Positions 38,301 to 50,402 of a stretch of DNA of 64,000 nucleotides are shown here, piece by piece. Source of the DNA: Phoronis australis (lineage: Eukaryota > Animalia > Phoronida); assembly GCA_002633005.1 (NCBI GenBank), contig NMRA01000017.1:454260-518259 (forward strand), in the 5' to 3' direction. The notes below the pieces were generated by a model that worked only from the letters and a program-made list of their open reading frames with translations, made no database searches and had not been told where the DNA came from. The stretch's first letter is position 1; the number at the start of each line of letters is the position of its first letter. The translations under genes were made by a program, and so were the position numbers.

Positions 38301-41300
38301 AAGAAATATGATGAACGACAAAATCGACCGTATCCAAATCTTTGGAATAAAAACTCAATTTCAGCTTGAATTTCGGTGTCCCAATTTTTAGATCATTTCC
38401 CAAACTCGAGAATTTTTATCACAATTAAATTTAATTGACTTTTAAGTCAAAAAATTATTTAGTGTCACCAAAAATCAATAAATTGTTGATCTGTATTCAA
38501 AACCATACCAATTACCATGTTCTGGTATAAGTTTTGCCCTGCAAATGAAACTATACCTAATTACAGTGCCATCTAATGGTACCTCATACATGCCTGTAGG
38601 AATTAATTTCCATGCATTGAAGTCATCATTTCCAAATCATAAATATGCCACAAGAAGTCATGAAACAAAGAAACTGATCGCATTCTGTAGGAAAAGGTCT
38701 ACTCTTTCTGATGGCATTATTTAGTTGTCTCAGTTCAACACTGGCTCTTCCTGACAATGTCTTCCTGATAACAAGCATAACATAAATGGAAGGATATAGT
38801 ACGATTAGTAATTTCAAATCAGCGCGACGTCAGATTGTGTTTGGTAACCTGGGTAAATCCCCCATGTCGTCACCAAGTCGTCGTTGCGAGTATCTAAGTC
38901 AGGCAATCATTCTCCCGAACTTTGTTTCAAAGTTCGAGTTGACTTCCAAACTTTAACTCACTAACAGTTTTCCAAGATTCATTACCTTTCGTTCACAGTT
39001 GCTCCATTTATTTCGTGAAATCAGTGCATTTGCCACCACAGCAGTCAGCAAAAATCAAACACGCACTTAAATAACAATAAGAACTAAACAGACGAAAGTC
39101 GGAAATGCTTGGCAAGATCAGTAAAACACGTGCCTCCAGTGTATGCAATTGTCTGCGTTTCCAATAATGGCACGGCATTTTTTTTAGTCAACAATTTCGA
39201 TGTTACATCTGGTGACCTCAGATTTCCTTTGGAGACCTGGGATTTTGTTGCTAAATGCGACTTGGTGTGAAGTGTCAAACACTGCAAATGTTGACCTATT
39301 ATATTACTGTATATTATTTTCCATCAAATCAACTTTAGCCTGCACATACTTAAACTGTTGCCACATTTTCCCTGTCAAAGCTCACCATGTTCATTGAGAA
39401 CTGCATGTTACTCTGGCCTCCGCAGACCCAGACATCGCCGAACAGCACGTTACTAAGTGTGACTGTCTCCATTGTCTTAGTGTCCTTGACCCTGAGTGTA
39501 TAAGGTCCACCAGCAGGGGTCGCTGCCAACAGGAAACTCCAGACTCCAGTCATTTTGGCAAATGTTGGATAGTAACCTACAAAGTATTTTAGATCAGACA
39601 ATTTTTAAAAAAAAATCAGCAATAACTAGACAATAAATCCAATCACAAATCCCTCTCACTGGAGTTCAGGTGTATACAGTAGTACTTAATGTGCAAGCCA
39701 AAACATTTTGGTGCAGTTTCAGATTGACAAAACCAAACTTCCAGGCAAACTGTACATGAGAAGTTTTAGTGCAAATGGAGTGCATTTTTCTGAAAGTGTG
39801 ATCATAAAACCATATTGCCTAGAATATATCATCCTTTTAGTCAAAAATATACCAGCATACCAGGAACAATTATTCCAGTGCAAGGTCTTTCTAATGAGAA
39901 AGTGACCCTTTTAATTTTAGATGCCAGTATGGTCAATGATTCACAGAACCCCCACAGTGCACCCAAAGTTATCCGCAAATTATGCATCAAAGCTACCTGT
40001 CTTAATCATGACATTTTTTCATTATCGTAAATACTCTCACTATTAAGAATCGTCTCTTTACTTAGTTCATCTCTCTTAGTCAAACTTTCCCCATTCTTCA
40101 TCATTTATTTTTCGTCTTAATTCTCAACCTGTTTTAATTGTATCTTCTTTACGTATATTTAATTGTTGTTTTATTAGTTCATAGTATAATAATACTGTTT
40201 TTTGTTGTTGAGGGCCCACTTGGAAAGCAGTGCAATCATTGAAGAGGCCATCCTCATTTTAAATATCACAATAAAGAAATAACTAAAATAAAGCTATATG
40301 ATGACATTGTTGAACAATGTTTCCGACATCTTCCTGCAATCAAATTTATCCAGGTCATAAGGTCAAGACACCAATAAAACATCTCATTTCCTTGATAACC
40401 AAATTTTCAAATTGATAGAATTCAAATCGCTTGCAATAAGGATATACTTACCCGGCTTGACAATAGTTGAGTAAGAGTCCTCGAGTCCATTTTGAGATTG
40501 CATAGTAAGGGTCAGCTTGTTGCCAACAGTGCCCACACCCCAAACTTTGGCTTGTTTTGGAGCCTTCTGAAGCACCATATTACTGCCATAGTATGAGGCA
40601 AAGGCCAATGGACTGTCATCTAAAAAGAGCATCATTGAATTGATAAAATAAAATGCATTTTGTTGATAGTTTATCACAGAATGCAAGCCATATTCATTAA
40701 TAATTCAGTTTTATCACCCTATACAATGACAAAGTTTTAAATGTTACAAATTTTCTTTTTGTTTTCCACAGTATTTTAACACTGTTGTCAGTAGAAGGGA
40801 TTTAGTTTTATGGTAGACATAGAACAGTAGCAGCAGCAGCAGTGTTAGGGGAATCTTATCTAGCACATGTTTATAAACATGACATCACATTTGGCCTGAA
40901 TCCTGGCCAACATGAACACAGTAGGTAAACGTTCTCCAGTTTGGAACAGTAACTAAACTTTGGGACACAGGAATTCAAACAGAAAGTGAATTTCTTGATT
41001 CTATAGATTGGGACACGATTGGTTTATGTGTTCATCAAACTTCTCAAATTTCAGATAGAGTTTTTTTGAACCGACAGAGTCTGAGAACAGAATTGAAAGT
41101 TCATAAAATCGACGAAAATGGCTGCTAAGGGAACCATTTCAAGCATTCTAATGGTGTGCAACATGAAGATGAATGTATGAGTATTTGTCATTGCTCATTT
41201 TTGAATTTGGGACGAATATTGCATATTTCTATAATTTGGTGCAAGCTCTGATCTTGATTAATTAATTTTTACTGTGTCCCAAACTAAAGAAAATGGTAAC

Positions 41301-42729
41301 AACAGGCAATGATTGTAAAATCTCTTCTATTCAAACAAAAATTCCATTTTCGTTGTTTTTAGGGATTCTACGATTGTTGAGGACACCCAAAATTAATAAA
41401 AATCTTCATGTTACAGAACTTGAACATCGAAAACTATAAATATTGGTACTACACAAGGTTGGGTACCAGTACTTGATAACGCCAATTCGAAAACGATCAT
41501 GAATAACATCATTAGGACATAGTTGGTTCTGGTCTGTACCTTGAAGTTCTTACTACACAGTGCACGAGACATGCAGTTACGAGCAATTTCAAAAGTTCCT
41601 ATCGGAAAAGAAGGAAGAAATAGCGACAAAAAGTAACTGGAAGAAATTGTTTCCGAAACACTGAGTTCAGGCTATATTTTGTGTTCAGCCCAACAATGAG
41701 TTTCACTTTTGCTTGGAAAGTGATCCGTTACAGTACAAGATATGCCATACCAAGTACAGAAAAATTTGGGTAATGGTATGATATAATGTGCCACAATTTT
41801 GAGAACCAGTTTTCTCCACTGAATAACGTGCATCAAACTGGTTCTCAAAATGTGGGCACGCTATATGAGAATATTGCCCAAATTTGTACTTTCATGATGC
41901 GGCGGCCCAAAGAAAAATCAAACTGAGGTGCGGCGTACCTGAACAATTAGTTCATTATGCACTCAAAAGGACTGGCCAGAGTTCACCTTCCACATACTAG
42001 TTTACTTTCGGGCTACCTTTACCTTTATATTGTAAGATGTATTGTAATGAACTGGTACTATCAGGTGGGTTTGACAGATATAATTTGATAGCGTGCGCCG
42101 GTGCAGCTTATCAGAGTAGCAGAATTATAGTCTCTGTTAGGGTGTCTTACCTACTGATGCAGTTGTGCTTCCGGTGACTCATATCGAGCCTCTGTTAGCT
42201 ACTCGCTAACGGGCAATTGCCTATTAGCTGAATGGTTAGCGCGCTTGCTGGTTTTATGGGGATCGCTGGTTCGATTCGCGGGTTGGGTAATCTTGGCTAT
42301 TACTACTACCTATGCATAGCTAACGAATATGCATACTTATTCCCACACCAAAAGATCAAAGTAGAATGATGAAAAAGGTCCGAATGATAATTGACAGGTG
42401 ATTCTAAATTTGCTTTATAGCATTGGTGCAAAACTTTAGGCTATAAATGTACAGAAAAGCTTGTTAGGTTTCCTGGTTTCGCAGATGGCTCACCAAAGAG
42501 GATGACCTTGCAGCCAGTGGTCAGTGGTCGTTGTTGCCGGTGGACCACTGACTGATGTAGACCTAGTAAGCCAGCATTCTGCACGGTTAGGCAAATTAGA
42601 GATAACCTGTCTATGCGTCTGGAAACCGGGAAACGATAACAAAAACGAACATGTCAACAAAATGTTGCATTTACCTGCATAACAGAGAGAGCAGATCAGG
42701 CCCAAAGCAACAAGTAAACGGGAGCTCAT
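17146..42729 (-). CDS. SIAE: SIAE-B: sialate O-acetylesterase-like gene with internal granulin array (23 coding exons, ~1395 aa)
   Basis: Manually spliced GT-AG exons with compatible phases throughout. SIAE exons: 42675-42729, 40452-40619, 39386-39576, 37426-37564, 36713-36888, then 13 granulin exons (35958-25325), then 23505-23640, 22782-22918, 22021-22187, 18009-18201, 17146-17394. SIAE motifs: [62 protein letters not shown]. Confidence 0.88.
18009..18201 (-). CDS. SIAE: SIAE-B exon with catalytic His (SIHP)
   Basis: [35 protein letters not shown]...KAGFE; phase 2-0. Confidence 0.92.
22021..22187 (-). CDS. SIAE: SIAE-B exon
   Basis: [55 protein letters not shown]; TAG/GTAAGT, 167 nt. Confidence 0.92.
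22782..22918 (-). CDS. SIAE: SIAE-B exon
   Basis: [46 protein letters not shown]; phase 1-0. Confidence 0.92.
23505..23640 (-). CDS. SIAE: SIAE-B exon resuming the esterase domain after the granulin array
   Basis: [45 protein letters not shown]; phase-0 TAG acceptor, GTATG donor. Confidence 0.88.
25325..25453 (-). CDS. Granulin exon, terminal C-half only
   Basis: [43 protein letters not shown]; CAG acceptor, GTACGT donor, 129 nt, phase 0-0. Confidence 0.85.
26689..26913 (-). CDS. Granulin C-N exon (225 nt)
   Basis: [17 protein letters not shown]...[28 protein letters not shown]; phase 0-0. Confidence 0.9.
27179..27406 (-). CDS. Granulin C-N exon (228 nt)
   Basis: [17 protein letters not shown]...GCCPEPM; phase 0-0. 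Confidence 0.9.
27673..27897 (-). CDS. Granulin C-N exon (225 nt)
   Basis: [17 protein letters not shown]...GCCPVPM; phase 0-0. Confidence 0.9.
28458..28685 (-). CDS. Granulin C-N exon (228 nt)
   Basis: [17 protein letters not shown]...GCCPEPM; phase 0-0. Confidence 0.9.
28980..29204 (-). CDS. Granulin C-N exon (225 nt)
   Basis: [17 protein letters not shown]...[16 protein letters not shown]; phase 0-0; its frame is not in the ORF track. Confidence 0.85.
30174..30398 (-). CDS. Granulin C-N exon (225 nt)
   Basis: [17 protein letters not shown]...[16 protein letters not shown]; phase 0-0. Confidence 0.85.
30705..30932 (-). CDS. Granulin C-N exon (228 nt)
   Basis: [11 protein letters not shown]...GCCPQPM; phase 0-0. 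Confidence 0.9.
31229..31453 (-). CDS. Granulin C-N exon (225 nt)
   Basis: [11 protein letters not shown]...GCCPQPM; phase 0-0. Confidence 0.9.
31717..31944 (-). CDS. Granulin C-N exon (228 nt)
   Basis: [24 protein letters not shown]...[16 protein letters not shown]; phase 0-0. Confidence 0.9.
32101..32190 (+). mobile_element. tRNA-derived SINE head
   Basis: A box (agctcagtggt) and B box (gggttagattcc); no intact cloverleaf. Confidence 0.6.
32472..32594 (-). CDS. Granulin N-half exon (domain 2)
   Basis: [41 protein letters not shown]; CAG/GTGCGT, 123 nt. Confidence 0.88.
33747..33911. repeat. 24-bp tandem repeat, ~7 copies
   Basis: Unit aggaagcccagggcaagcaagctt. Confidence 0.95.
34236..34367 (-). 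CDS. Granulin C-half exon (domain 1) plus RHKR linker
   Basis: [44 protein letters not shown]; TAG/GTAAGT, 132 nt; absent from ORF track. Confidence 0.87.
35406..35652. repeat. 31-bp tandem repeat, ~8 copies
   Basis: Unit ataaggtaacaacatgcatctcataagaagt. Confidence 0.95.
35803..35958 (-). CDS. Granulin N-half exon (domain 1)
   Basis: [52 protein letters not shown]; TAG/GTTAGT, 156 nt; absent from ORF track. Confidence 0.85.
36713..36888 (-). CDS. SIAE: SIAE-B exon 5
   Basis: [59 protein letters not shown]; donor CAG|GTACCA, phase 0. Confidence 0.88.
37426..37564 (-). CDS. SIAE: SIAE-B exon 4
   Basis: [46 protein letters not shown]; 139 nt, same length as in SIAE-A. Confidence 0.9.
37710..38208. 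mobile_element. Non-autonomous hAT-type element (499 bp) in SIAE-B intron 3
   Basis: Perfect 13-bp TIR CAGGGCTTGGAAT / ATTCCAAGCCCTG; direct repeat CACTCC on both flanks. Confidence 0.85.
39386..39576 (-). CDS. SIAE: SIAE-B exon 3 (catalytic Ser, GQSNM)
   Basis: [17 protein letters not shown]...[19 protein letters not shown]; 191 nt. Confidence 0.93.
40190..40295 (+). mobile_element. Probable LINE 3'-tail fragment
   Basis: ttgttgagggcccacttggaaagcagtgc...gaagaggccatcctcattttaaatatcacaataa resembles the reverse complement of 12810-12890. Confidence 0.6.
40452..40619 (-). CDS. SIAE: SIAE-B exon 2
   Basis: [56 protein letters not shown]; phase 1-1. Confidence 0.92.
41754..41889. repeat. Palindromic (hairpin) repeat; second copy at 43973-44052
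   Basis: gtgcc..attttgagaaccag [loop] ctggttctcaaaatg..ggcac in both copies. Confidence 0.75.
42219..42290 (+). mobile_element. tRNA-derived SINE head
   Basis: tagctgaatggttagcgcg (A box) and ggttcgattcg (B box); stems degenerate. Confidence 0.55.
42675..42729 (-). CDS. SIAE: SIAE-B exon 1 (signal peptide)
   Basis: [18 protein letters not shown] then G|GTAAAT; typical signal peptide, phase 1. Confidence 0.82.
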
Positions 42730-44105
42730 TCTGCAACAAACGCTTCCCCGTATTTGTCACGAGTGCACTACCGAATAGTCGATCTCGTGACAATAACTCG
42801 CCTTTGTTGACCAGTTAACGCATCGATAATAGAACGCGGATGTTCAACATTGGATGTTTCTCATTGGTAGCCATGTTAGTTTGCAAGGGCTACAGCGATC
42901 CTGACGGGTGGGTGCAGGGTCACAATTGCTGTACGTGAACTTGGAATCCTGCTTAATCTAAGATCGCGTATGCGTGAACTTGAAATACACGTGGGAACTT
43001 GACAAGTCAACTCAAAATAATCACGTTCACATTGATAAAAATTAGCATGGCACTAAATCAAATTACATGTTAATAAACTAATGTAAATTTCACTGAGCTA
43101 ACCTCATTTCAACTATTGGCGATCTTATTCACCAAACAATAATTGATTTAAACATTCACATATTTCCTGCGATTCGGTGGCACAAGTTACAGTAAAAGAG
43201 AAAATGGGTGATCGCGATGTCAGTAATAACAGAAATATTTACACTGAACAAAAATTCACCTGGTTCTCTTAATAAACATTCAATTTCAAGTTCATGCATA
43301 CCGTTCTTGAGACAGCAAATCCTATCGTGTTCAAGAAGGTGAATGATATAGTGTTGTCCGCAATTCACCAACTTTCGTATATGGTTAATTCAGATTGGAA
43401 AAGCACCAAGTGGACTTTTGAGGTCGAATGGTAATGTTTTACCGAATTTTACGTCTGCAACAAAATTCACTGACTGAATTATGCACTACTTTTTATACCG
43501 AGATTAGCTAATAAATACAAAAACTTAAATTAACACGTTTTAGTTGATTTCCACACAAACATTTTCATGTAAATCAAGGATCAGTAAACCTTCTTTAAGT
43601 TATTATTAAGCATGATGCAAAAATATTTACTGCTTAAAATGCGGAGAATCGATGAATCCGTAAAGTGCAACGTAAAAAGAGACCAACTTGATTAATCAAT
43701 AATCTGAAAAAGGCTAAAAATTACTACTACGCACGAATTGTTGAATCGAGTCTATGAGTTAACTATAATGCAACGAATTTATGAATCTATAAACAAATGC
43801 AGTAAATGAACCCTTGAAATAGCATGAATTATTGACGGTGCGAGTAAGTGCTTTCGTAATATCGAAAAAATTAATAAAATCATTACCTGCTATTGACAAC
43901 AAAGATGACTTTATTACGAAAAATTCATGAATTCAAAAATGCCATCAATAGATGAGCCCGTAGAGACACAGTTAACGTGCCTACATTTCGAGAACCAGTT
44001 TTCTCCATTGAGTAACGGGCATCAACTGGTTCTCAAAATGCAGGCACGTTATGTCAATTGCCCATTATAACGCAGTGCTGAAAATGACTAATTAAATTGA
44101 ATGAG

Positions 44106-44358
44106 TATCGTTGGCCGAATAGATGAACCTTACGCACGTAAATTACGCCCGCAAATTAATTCTTGTTAGTGGCATTATTTTGCTGCCTAAATTAATTAAC
44201 TTTTAATGACGTAAATAAATTCTTGTTAGTGGCTTAAATTAATCATTTTTTGACGTAAATTAACTTTTCACGGCGTAAATTAATTATTTACGGCGTGAAT
44301 TAAAGTTAATGTACGCACGTAATTTACGTGCGTAACGTTCACCAAGTGGCCAACGATA
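44106..44358. mobile_element. MITE, ~250 bp, TA-flanked
   Basis: tatcgttggcc...tgaaccttacgcacgtaaattacg / cgtaatttacgtgcgtaacgttca...ggccaacgata. Confidence 0.75.
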
Positions 44359-46939
44359 AATGAACGTGGTTGAAAGTGACAAAAATGTTACGAATCTGAT
44401 GAAGTCCTATAATTCACGCAATGTTAAAAAGTCGCATACCCTGCTAATTACGTCATACCGAAAGTAAGAAATTTATTAAGTCTGAGGTGACGAAGAGTGG
44501 TGAAGTGGGGCGGCCTTTTTAACTTTACTGACCCTATCGATGTGCTGGTATTCAATGAGCGGCGACTTTTTCGTTCACAGAACTTAGAAAAGAGAGACAA
44601 AGTTCACAAATCGTGTTTGTGGAGCATTCTGAAACCACAGTTATCTCTACGTACACGGTACTGGTCATCTGGCGACTCATACGTGAACCAAAAACAAGAA
44701 CGGATTAGTTTACATCAGCATGAAATACTATTAACGCTTCTGTCAGCCTTTAATACCGTAACTCTCTTTACTTCACATCCTGGTCCTATTCCATGTCTCT
44801 CTTCCTGCCGCATTATTGACTATAAATACGCCCTGGGAATTTTAATTAAAGTTATAGAAATTCACAGAAATATTTTTGACACGAGCAAAATCAAAACAAA
44901 CGCTTCTCACTAAACAAATTCCTGAACCAATCAATTTTTGAATATAAATGAGCGTCCCAGGTTGTAAATACAAATTTTTCCATGATATGGTATGCAGGTT
45001 AGCGTTAATCACGGCATAAGCGGACAGCTAGTCTCGTAGTGGAGAATAATACAAGTTGCCCTTAAATCGAACGCATGTGGTTTGAAAGTTCAAGTGATGG
45101 ACTTGTAACAAAACACTAGTATATCCGTCAACAGTTTGAGGGGTCACGACCACTAGGGCTAAGGTGGCACTGAATAGGTAGGTTGTGGCCGCGGCCAATT
45201 TGCACTCCCAAAATGTTAAAATCTAGGGCTAGGCCAGGCTTGGGGGCATTTTTCAGTTAGGTATTGTGTAGAGGCCAAGTGAATGTTTTTTTCGTATTTG
45301 TGAACATGCTGGGAATGAAAAAAGGCCAGTTTCTCGGCTGTAGCTGCACTCTCTTCTTTAATATGGTGGCCCCCTGTTGTAGTTGTGCATTGCTGTGTAG
45401 CAACTGAGAAATTGGCCGCGATTTCAGGTAGCCCTCAAACAAGCCAGATTTCAGCGGCAAAAAAAACTAGTTGGTTGACAGTACCGTTTGGACCACATTT
45501 TTGGAATCGATAGGAAATTTGCTTTCGGAATCTAATGTTGGCTTTAGTCGAGCATCGGCAGGAAAATGGTAATTTTTGGGTGAAAAGTGCCGATTTTGCA
45601 TTTTTTTGCCCTCATTTTTCTTAGTTCAGCTTGGTTTCCACTGGGAGTGAATGGGTCAAAAATACAAGAGAGAATAAAGTTTCTGTGCTCATCTGTAGCG
45701 CTTGTGATGTGAAATGACTCAAAACATTTCCTTATTTGCATGTAGTTTTTGACAAAGTGAAGAAAGGGTGAAGAGTGCATTGACGTGTGTTCTGACAGGC
45801 AAACCCCTGTGAGAACTGTACTGTGCCTCCTAAACCACAAATCAAGGACTACAATCTATCACAGTGCTAAACGAAAGTTAGCAGTATAGGTGGCGCTGTG
45901 TCAGAGGGTAATCAAGGACATCAGTGTATCTGACTTCGTTGTGGCCCCCAAGATGTTTTTAAATTTTCTAAAATAACTCATTCATTAGCGGTTCCCCAGA
46001 GAAATCCTTCCAGTCTCTTAAATGCAGGACCATATACGACACGATTTTCATTGAGATGCTTTTTCGGTATTCAACATTACCAAATAACGGGTTCATTAAT
46101 CCAGGCACAAAACAACGTGGTTATAGGGCTATTGCACTCGCTTTGAATTTTTTTAGTAGTTGTAAATTGATAATTATTCCAAATATATTTTAAACAATTA
46201 CACATACAACGGTCTGTAAGTGCTCAGAACGTATTGAAAAATACTATGACTCCTTCCAAGGAGTAGTAAAACGAGCAATTTATAATAGAAAATATACCAA
46301 AGGAGTGAAGCGGCCTGCCAGGTCAGAGAATGGCCATTTCCATGAGATGACGTTTTAGTTAATAGAGGGCGATACCGGTGAAGTGCCGGCTCCACCGTGA
46401 ACGCTCGCTGGAGTTCCCACGTGCCTAGCCAGCACGCAGGTACAACGCATTGGCTCGCACTTTAGCACTGGTTGATGTATCCTCAGCTGTCATTGGTTAG
46501 CTTTACAACGCCGTGAAAAAATGGTGGACTGTGAACGATTTTTAGCCTTGTCATGCAAGTGGCGTTGCAGCAACTATTTCAATTCTGCAGTGATGTTTAA
46601 TAGCCGCGTGCTTGAAGCACATACATGTACAATAAACACATATCTGGCAGATTTAACGGTGTGTTATTCATACTGTATGAATACAGGACAGTATCGTAAA
46701 CAAAAGTCATCGACAGTAGAAAGATGCACTCCGAAAAGGCGCAACCACAATTTCTAGGATTCACATTTCCTGAACATAAATTTTAAGCATGCACCGATTT
46801 GTCTGCCCAACAGACCGCATTTACACTTCAGTCCATCAGTCATGTCATTTTGTTTGCGTAAAGCGCTGCATGTTGAGAACTCGACTAGCCAATCAGAAAC
46901 ACCGGTGTAAAAAATATTCCCGAGGAAAATTAAGTGATA

Positions 46940-47640
46940 CCTGCGTGCTGGCTACTGACCACCTAGCGGCACGCACGGGACCAGCGAGCCGTGAACGTAC
47001 AGAAGTAGCATATGCTACAGGACCCGCGCTTTTTGAGGTCCAGCACTTAAGTATTTTAAGAGGCTCCAAAGGCATAAACGTATACATGTGTCTTCTCCTG
47101 ATGGAAGCGCTGACCACAGGTGATGCGAACTTGGGAAGTTTATGTTGGGGCCCCGCCATTTTTGTAATGCTGCTCAAAGCTTGAGCGCGCACATTAAAAA
47201 GCGTTTGCGACTACTAGTGCAGTGACTAACTACCAAGGCGCCAGGCATTCATCGATTTTTAACCGTTCTTGAATTTAAAGTTTAGGTTTTTGTTAAAATA
47301 CAGAGAAGCAAAATCTGCAAAGCTTAAATTTGCGCAAAATGTATGTATTTGACAAAACAGTCATGATGCCAGCTTTGGCACAATCGGGGGGTTCCTGATT
47401 AGCGATGTTTGAATTATCCTGAAATAGTCCAATTCGACCAACAACTAGCGTTGCCCTGTGGACACGCTGTCTTGTCGCCTGGGAAACACTGATTACGAGC
47501 CAAAGGCCCGCTATGTGAAGAGGCACTAGCGCAAGCACAGGGTCCCCAAAAGTTCGTGGTGATTAAGTAGGCCCTTGGTGTTGGCGTACAAATCACAGCG
47601 CAGCGTTAGGCTAAGAATGAAGAGATTCATTGGTAAGAAA
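46940..47640. repeat. Diverged dispersed repeat; related copy at ~51200-51870
   Basis: Shared blocks caggtgatgcgaa, accaaggcgccaggcat, aattatcctgaaat, attaagtaggccct, aaatcacagc.cagcgttaggct. Confidence 0.65.
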
Positions 47641-50289
47641 GAAAATGGCTCAACGGAATTTTGGCCACAGTGCGATGCTCCGAATTCAATGGTTGGTGAA
47701 TCAAAAAAATGAACCTGCGAGGAGTAAAGAGCCTTCGAAGTATCAATCCGATTGCGATTCTCGTCGACTTAAAATTGACGCTATATCGCATATGTAAAAA
47801 TACTTAACCTGTTAAAGTAAAGATGATTTTAAAGAAATTTTAATTCCTAAAATTGTTTTTGAGAGATATCGGCAAATTTTCATTTAAAGAAGGTTTCATA
47901 AAAATCGACTAAAGGGTGTTTGTGTTATGAATGTAGGCCTACCTTTGTTAAAATGAAAACTTGACTTAAAAAAGGTGGCAACTTTATAATAACAATAACA
48001 CGTAAGTATTAGGAGTATTTTTAGAATTCCTTGTCCTTAGTCTTTCAGAAAATATGTACTTTTACTGGTAGTTGATACAGCCTAGGTTTTCTGGTGATTT
48101 ACTTTGAATTAACGTTCTTCAATAAGGTCCATCATAACCTTAACCACAGTGTAAATCTACTGTTGTATCTTTAGCGATCATCTTTTAGGGCCCCCTATAG
48201 TTGTATTAACTAACGCGTAGATCCACCACTGCAGAGATACATGCATATGCGGCCCTCTCATTGAATTTGACCCACTCTCTCATGATTGACAATCAGCCAT
48301 CGTAAAAGCAAAATTGCTCCTGCTGAGGTGACACCTACCGTAAAAGAAGGTTGAGTAGATATCTTCAATACGTTTGCTTAAAACAAAAAATCGGTATGTG
48401 AGCAAGTTAGTTCTCATTGGTGTGTCGAAAGTTACAACCTGGCTAGAGTTATCGTATAGCATAGACAGACTGTGAATCACAGAAATGCTTCATCATATTT
48501 CCTGTCTTAATCCATCATAGTCATCCAGCACACCTCGTATCAGTCCTGAAAATAAGGGCGGCATGTTCGTAGTCAGCTGCTGCAACAGTTTGTAGCGACA
48601 TTCTGATTTGCCGACCTTTCTTCTCATTCATCTAAAATACTCAAAAAGGGAAGTATACCGTTTATTTTCGCCCCCAATTTCCTAGCAATTGAACAAATGA
48701 ATGTAATTCATTCATGTAACTGTGTGCCCAGCAATAGGAAATCCTTGATAATTTAACGTTTGCTTTTTGAGTTTTTATCCCAAAGTTAAATGAATGTCAC
48801 GACAAAAATTAGAAAGGCCCTGGAAAACACGATGTACAAAAAGAATGGTTTACAACAGTACGTGGTTCGCCGTTTCAGAAAGATATGGCTTCAGCTTGAA
48901 ACGTTGAAAGTGCATTTCGTTCCCTTGATGAAATAAAAAATTTGATAATCTCATGAATTTGTCTCAGTTGTTTCGTTACCATTATAACCAATTGGTCATC
49001 TATCATTGAATTAAACGGCACAATTGTGGACAGGTTGACCAACTTCGTCAACTGGCAAGCTGATGCACTTTTGACCTTCAGTGTAAACGTTGTAAATGAT
49101 ACATCCGGCTGATAGTCTATGAGGCTGCGGACCTTCATTGCCCATGTCGCCGGGCGGTTCCTTTAGTGGACCTCAACTGTCGGTACGGGGAAGGGATACG
49201 TTCGCATCCGCCTCACACCCCTCGCCCCAACTTCGGCAATACTGAGGCGCGGCAGAGTTCATTTGCTATACCGGTACTTAGCCGGGGAAATTCCAAATGT
49301 TCCCTACCCAAAGCAAGCAGAGAGCAGATTCCATAAAATTAAAATACTAAAAGTTCATTCTCGTTGGTGATAAGCTTTGATCTTGGGTGATCAATGATAT
49401 CAATACTTCACTAATCGAGACATGGTAGGTCGAGCAAAGTGTGTCAACGTCCTGTTGATTGGAAGGCACCTAATGAACTGTACAGGTCGGAAGCAGCTCA
49501 ATAGCTCGAAGTTGCACTACTGAAGGTTTGCTAGACCGAGGGCCTACTAATAAAGTGGAACTGAGCCATAAAACATTACTATATAATTTTTGGCATTTTA
49601 CGAAATTCACTGATGCGCCCAGAAACCATTGCAAGAATCAAATCAATCGGCCGGCACTAGATTCACTACGCCGGGTTTGCCGGTCAACTTACAAAGACAT
49701 TTGGTTGGTTTGTGGGTGAATCAAATGGAAGCAAGGAATTTAAACAACGAAAAAGGCACACAGCATCTAAAACAGTTTTAAAACAATTGTTAAATACAGT
49801 GATATATATTTTTTTTTTTTAATTTGTGAGATTCTGCTTCGAAAATGCCTCGTTTTGAGATGATTGGCAAACGGAAAAGTTCACTTCAGTGCATCACCCT
49901 TCGCATCTCAAATTTTTGCAATAAATTAACAAATTGCATAAAAAATTATCAACAACGTATAACACACAAGAAAATTCAGAAAAGTGGCCATTGTCGGAGC
50001 ATTGGGTAAACTATCGGAATATTAGGTAAAGTGTAGGAAATATTGAGTTGTTGGAACAATGGGTCAATTGTAGAAACTTTGGACTGTCGGAGTATTGCGC
50101 TGTCTAACCACTCAAAACATGGTTTCGCAAGCGCGTGAAACCACTGAGAACAAGGTGTATTAGTACCCGCCGGGCCGTTGTTTTCGATACATGTAGGAAA
50201 GCCTGCGCCACTGCGTGTAATAACCGAAGTATCATTGCATGCAGAAAAAATATGAAAAATACACCCGAGTACGAAATCTTATATATTTT

Positions 50290-50402
50290 CGGACTAGCGC
50301 ACCTTCGCCTAATGCTCCATCGGACTAGTGCACCTCCGCCTAGTGCACCTTCGCCTAGTGCACCTTCGCCTAGTGCACCTTCGCCTAGTGCACCATCGGA
50401 CT
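50290..50402. repeat. 15-bp tandem repeat
   Basis: Unit tcgcctagtgcacct, ~7 copies including degenerate ones. Confidence 0.9.
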
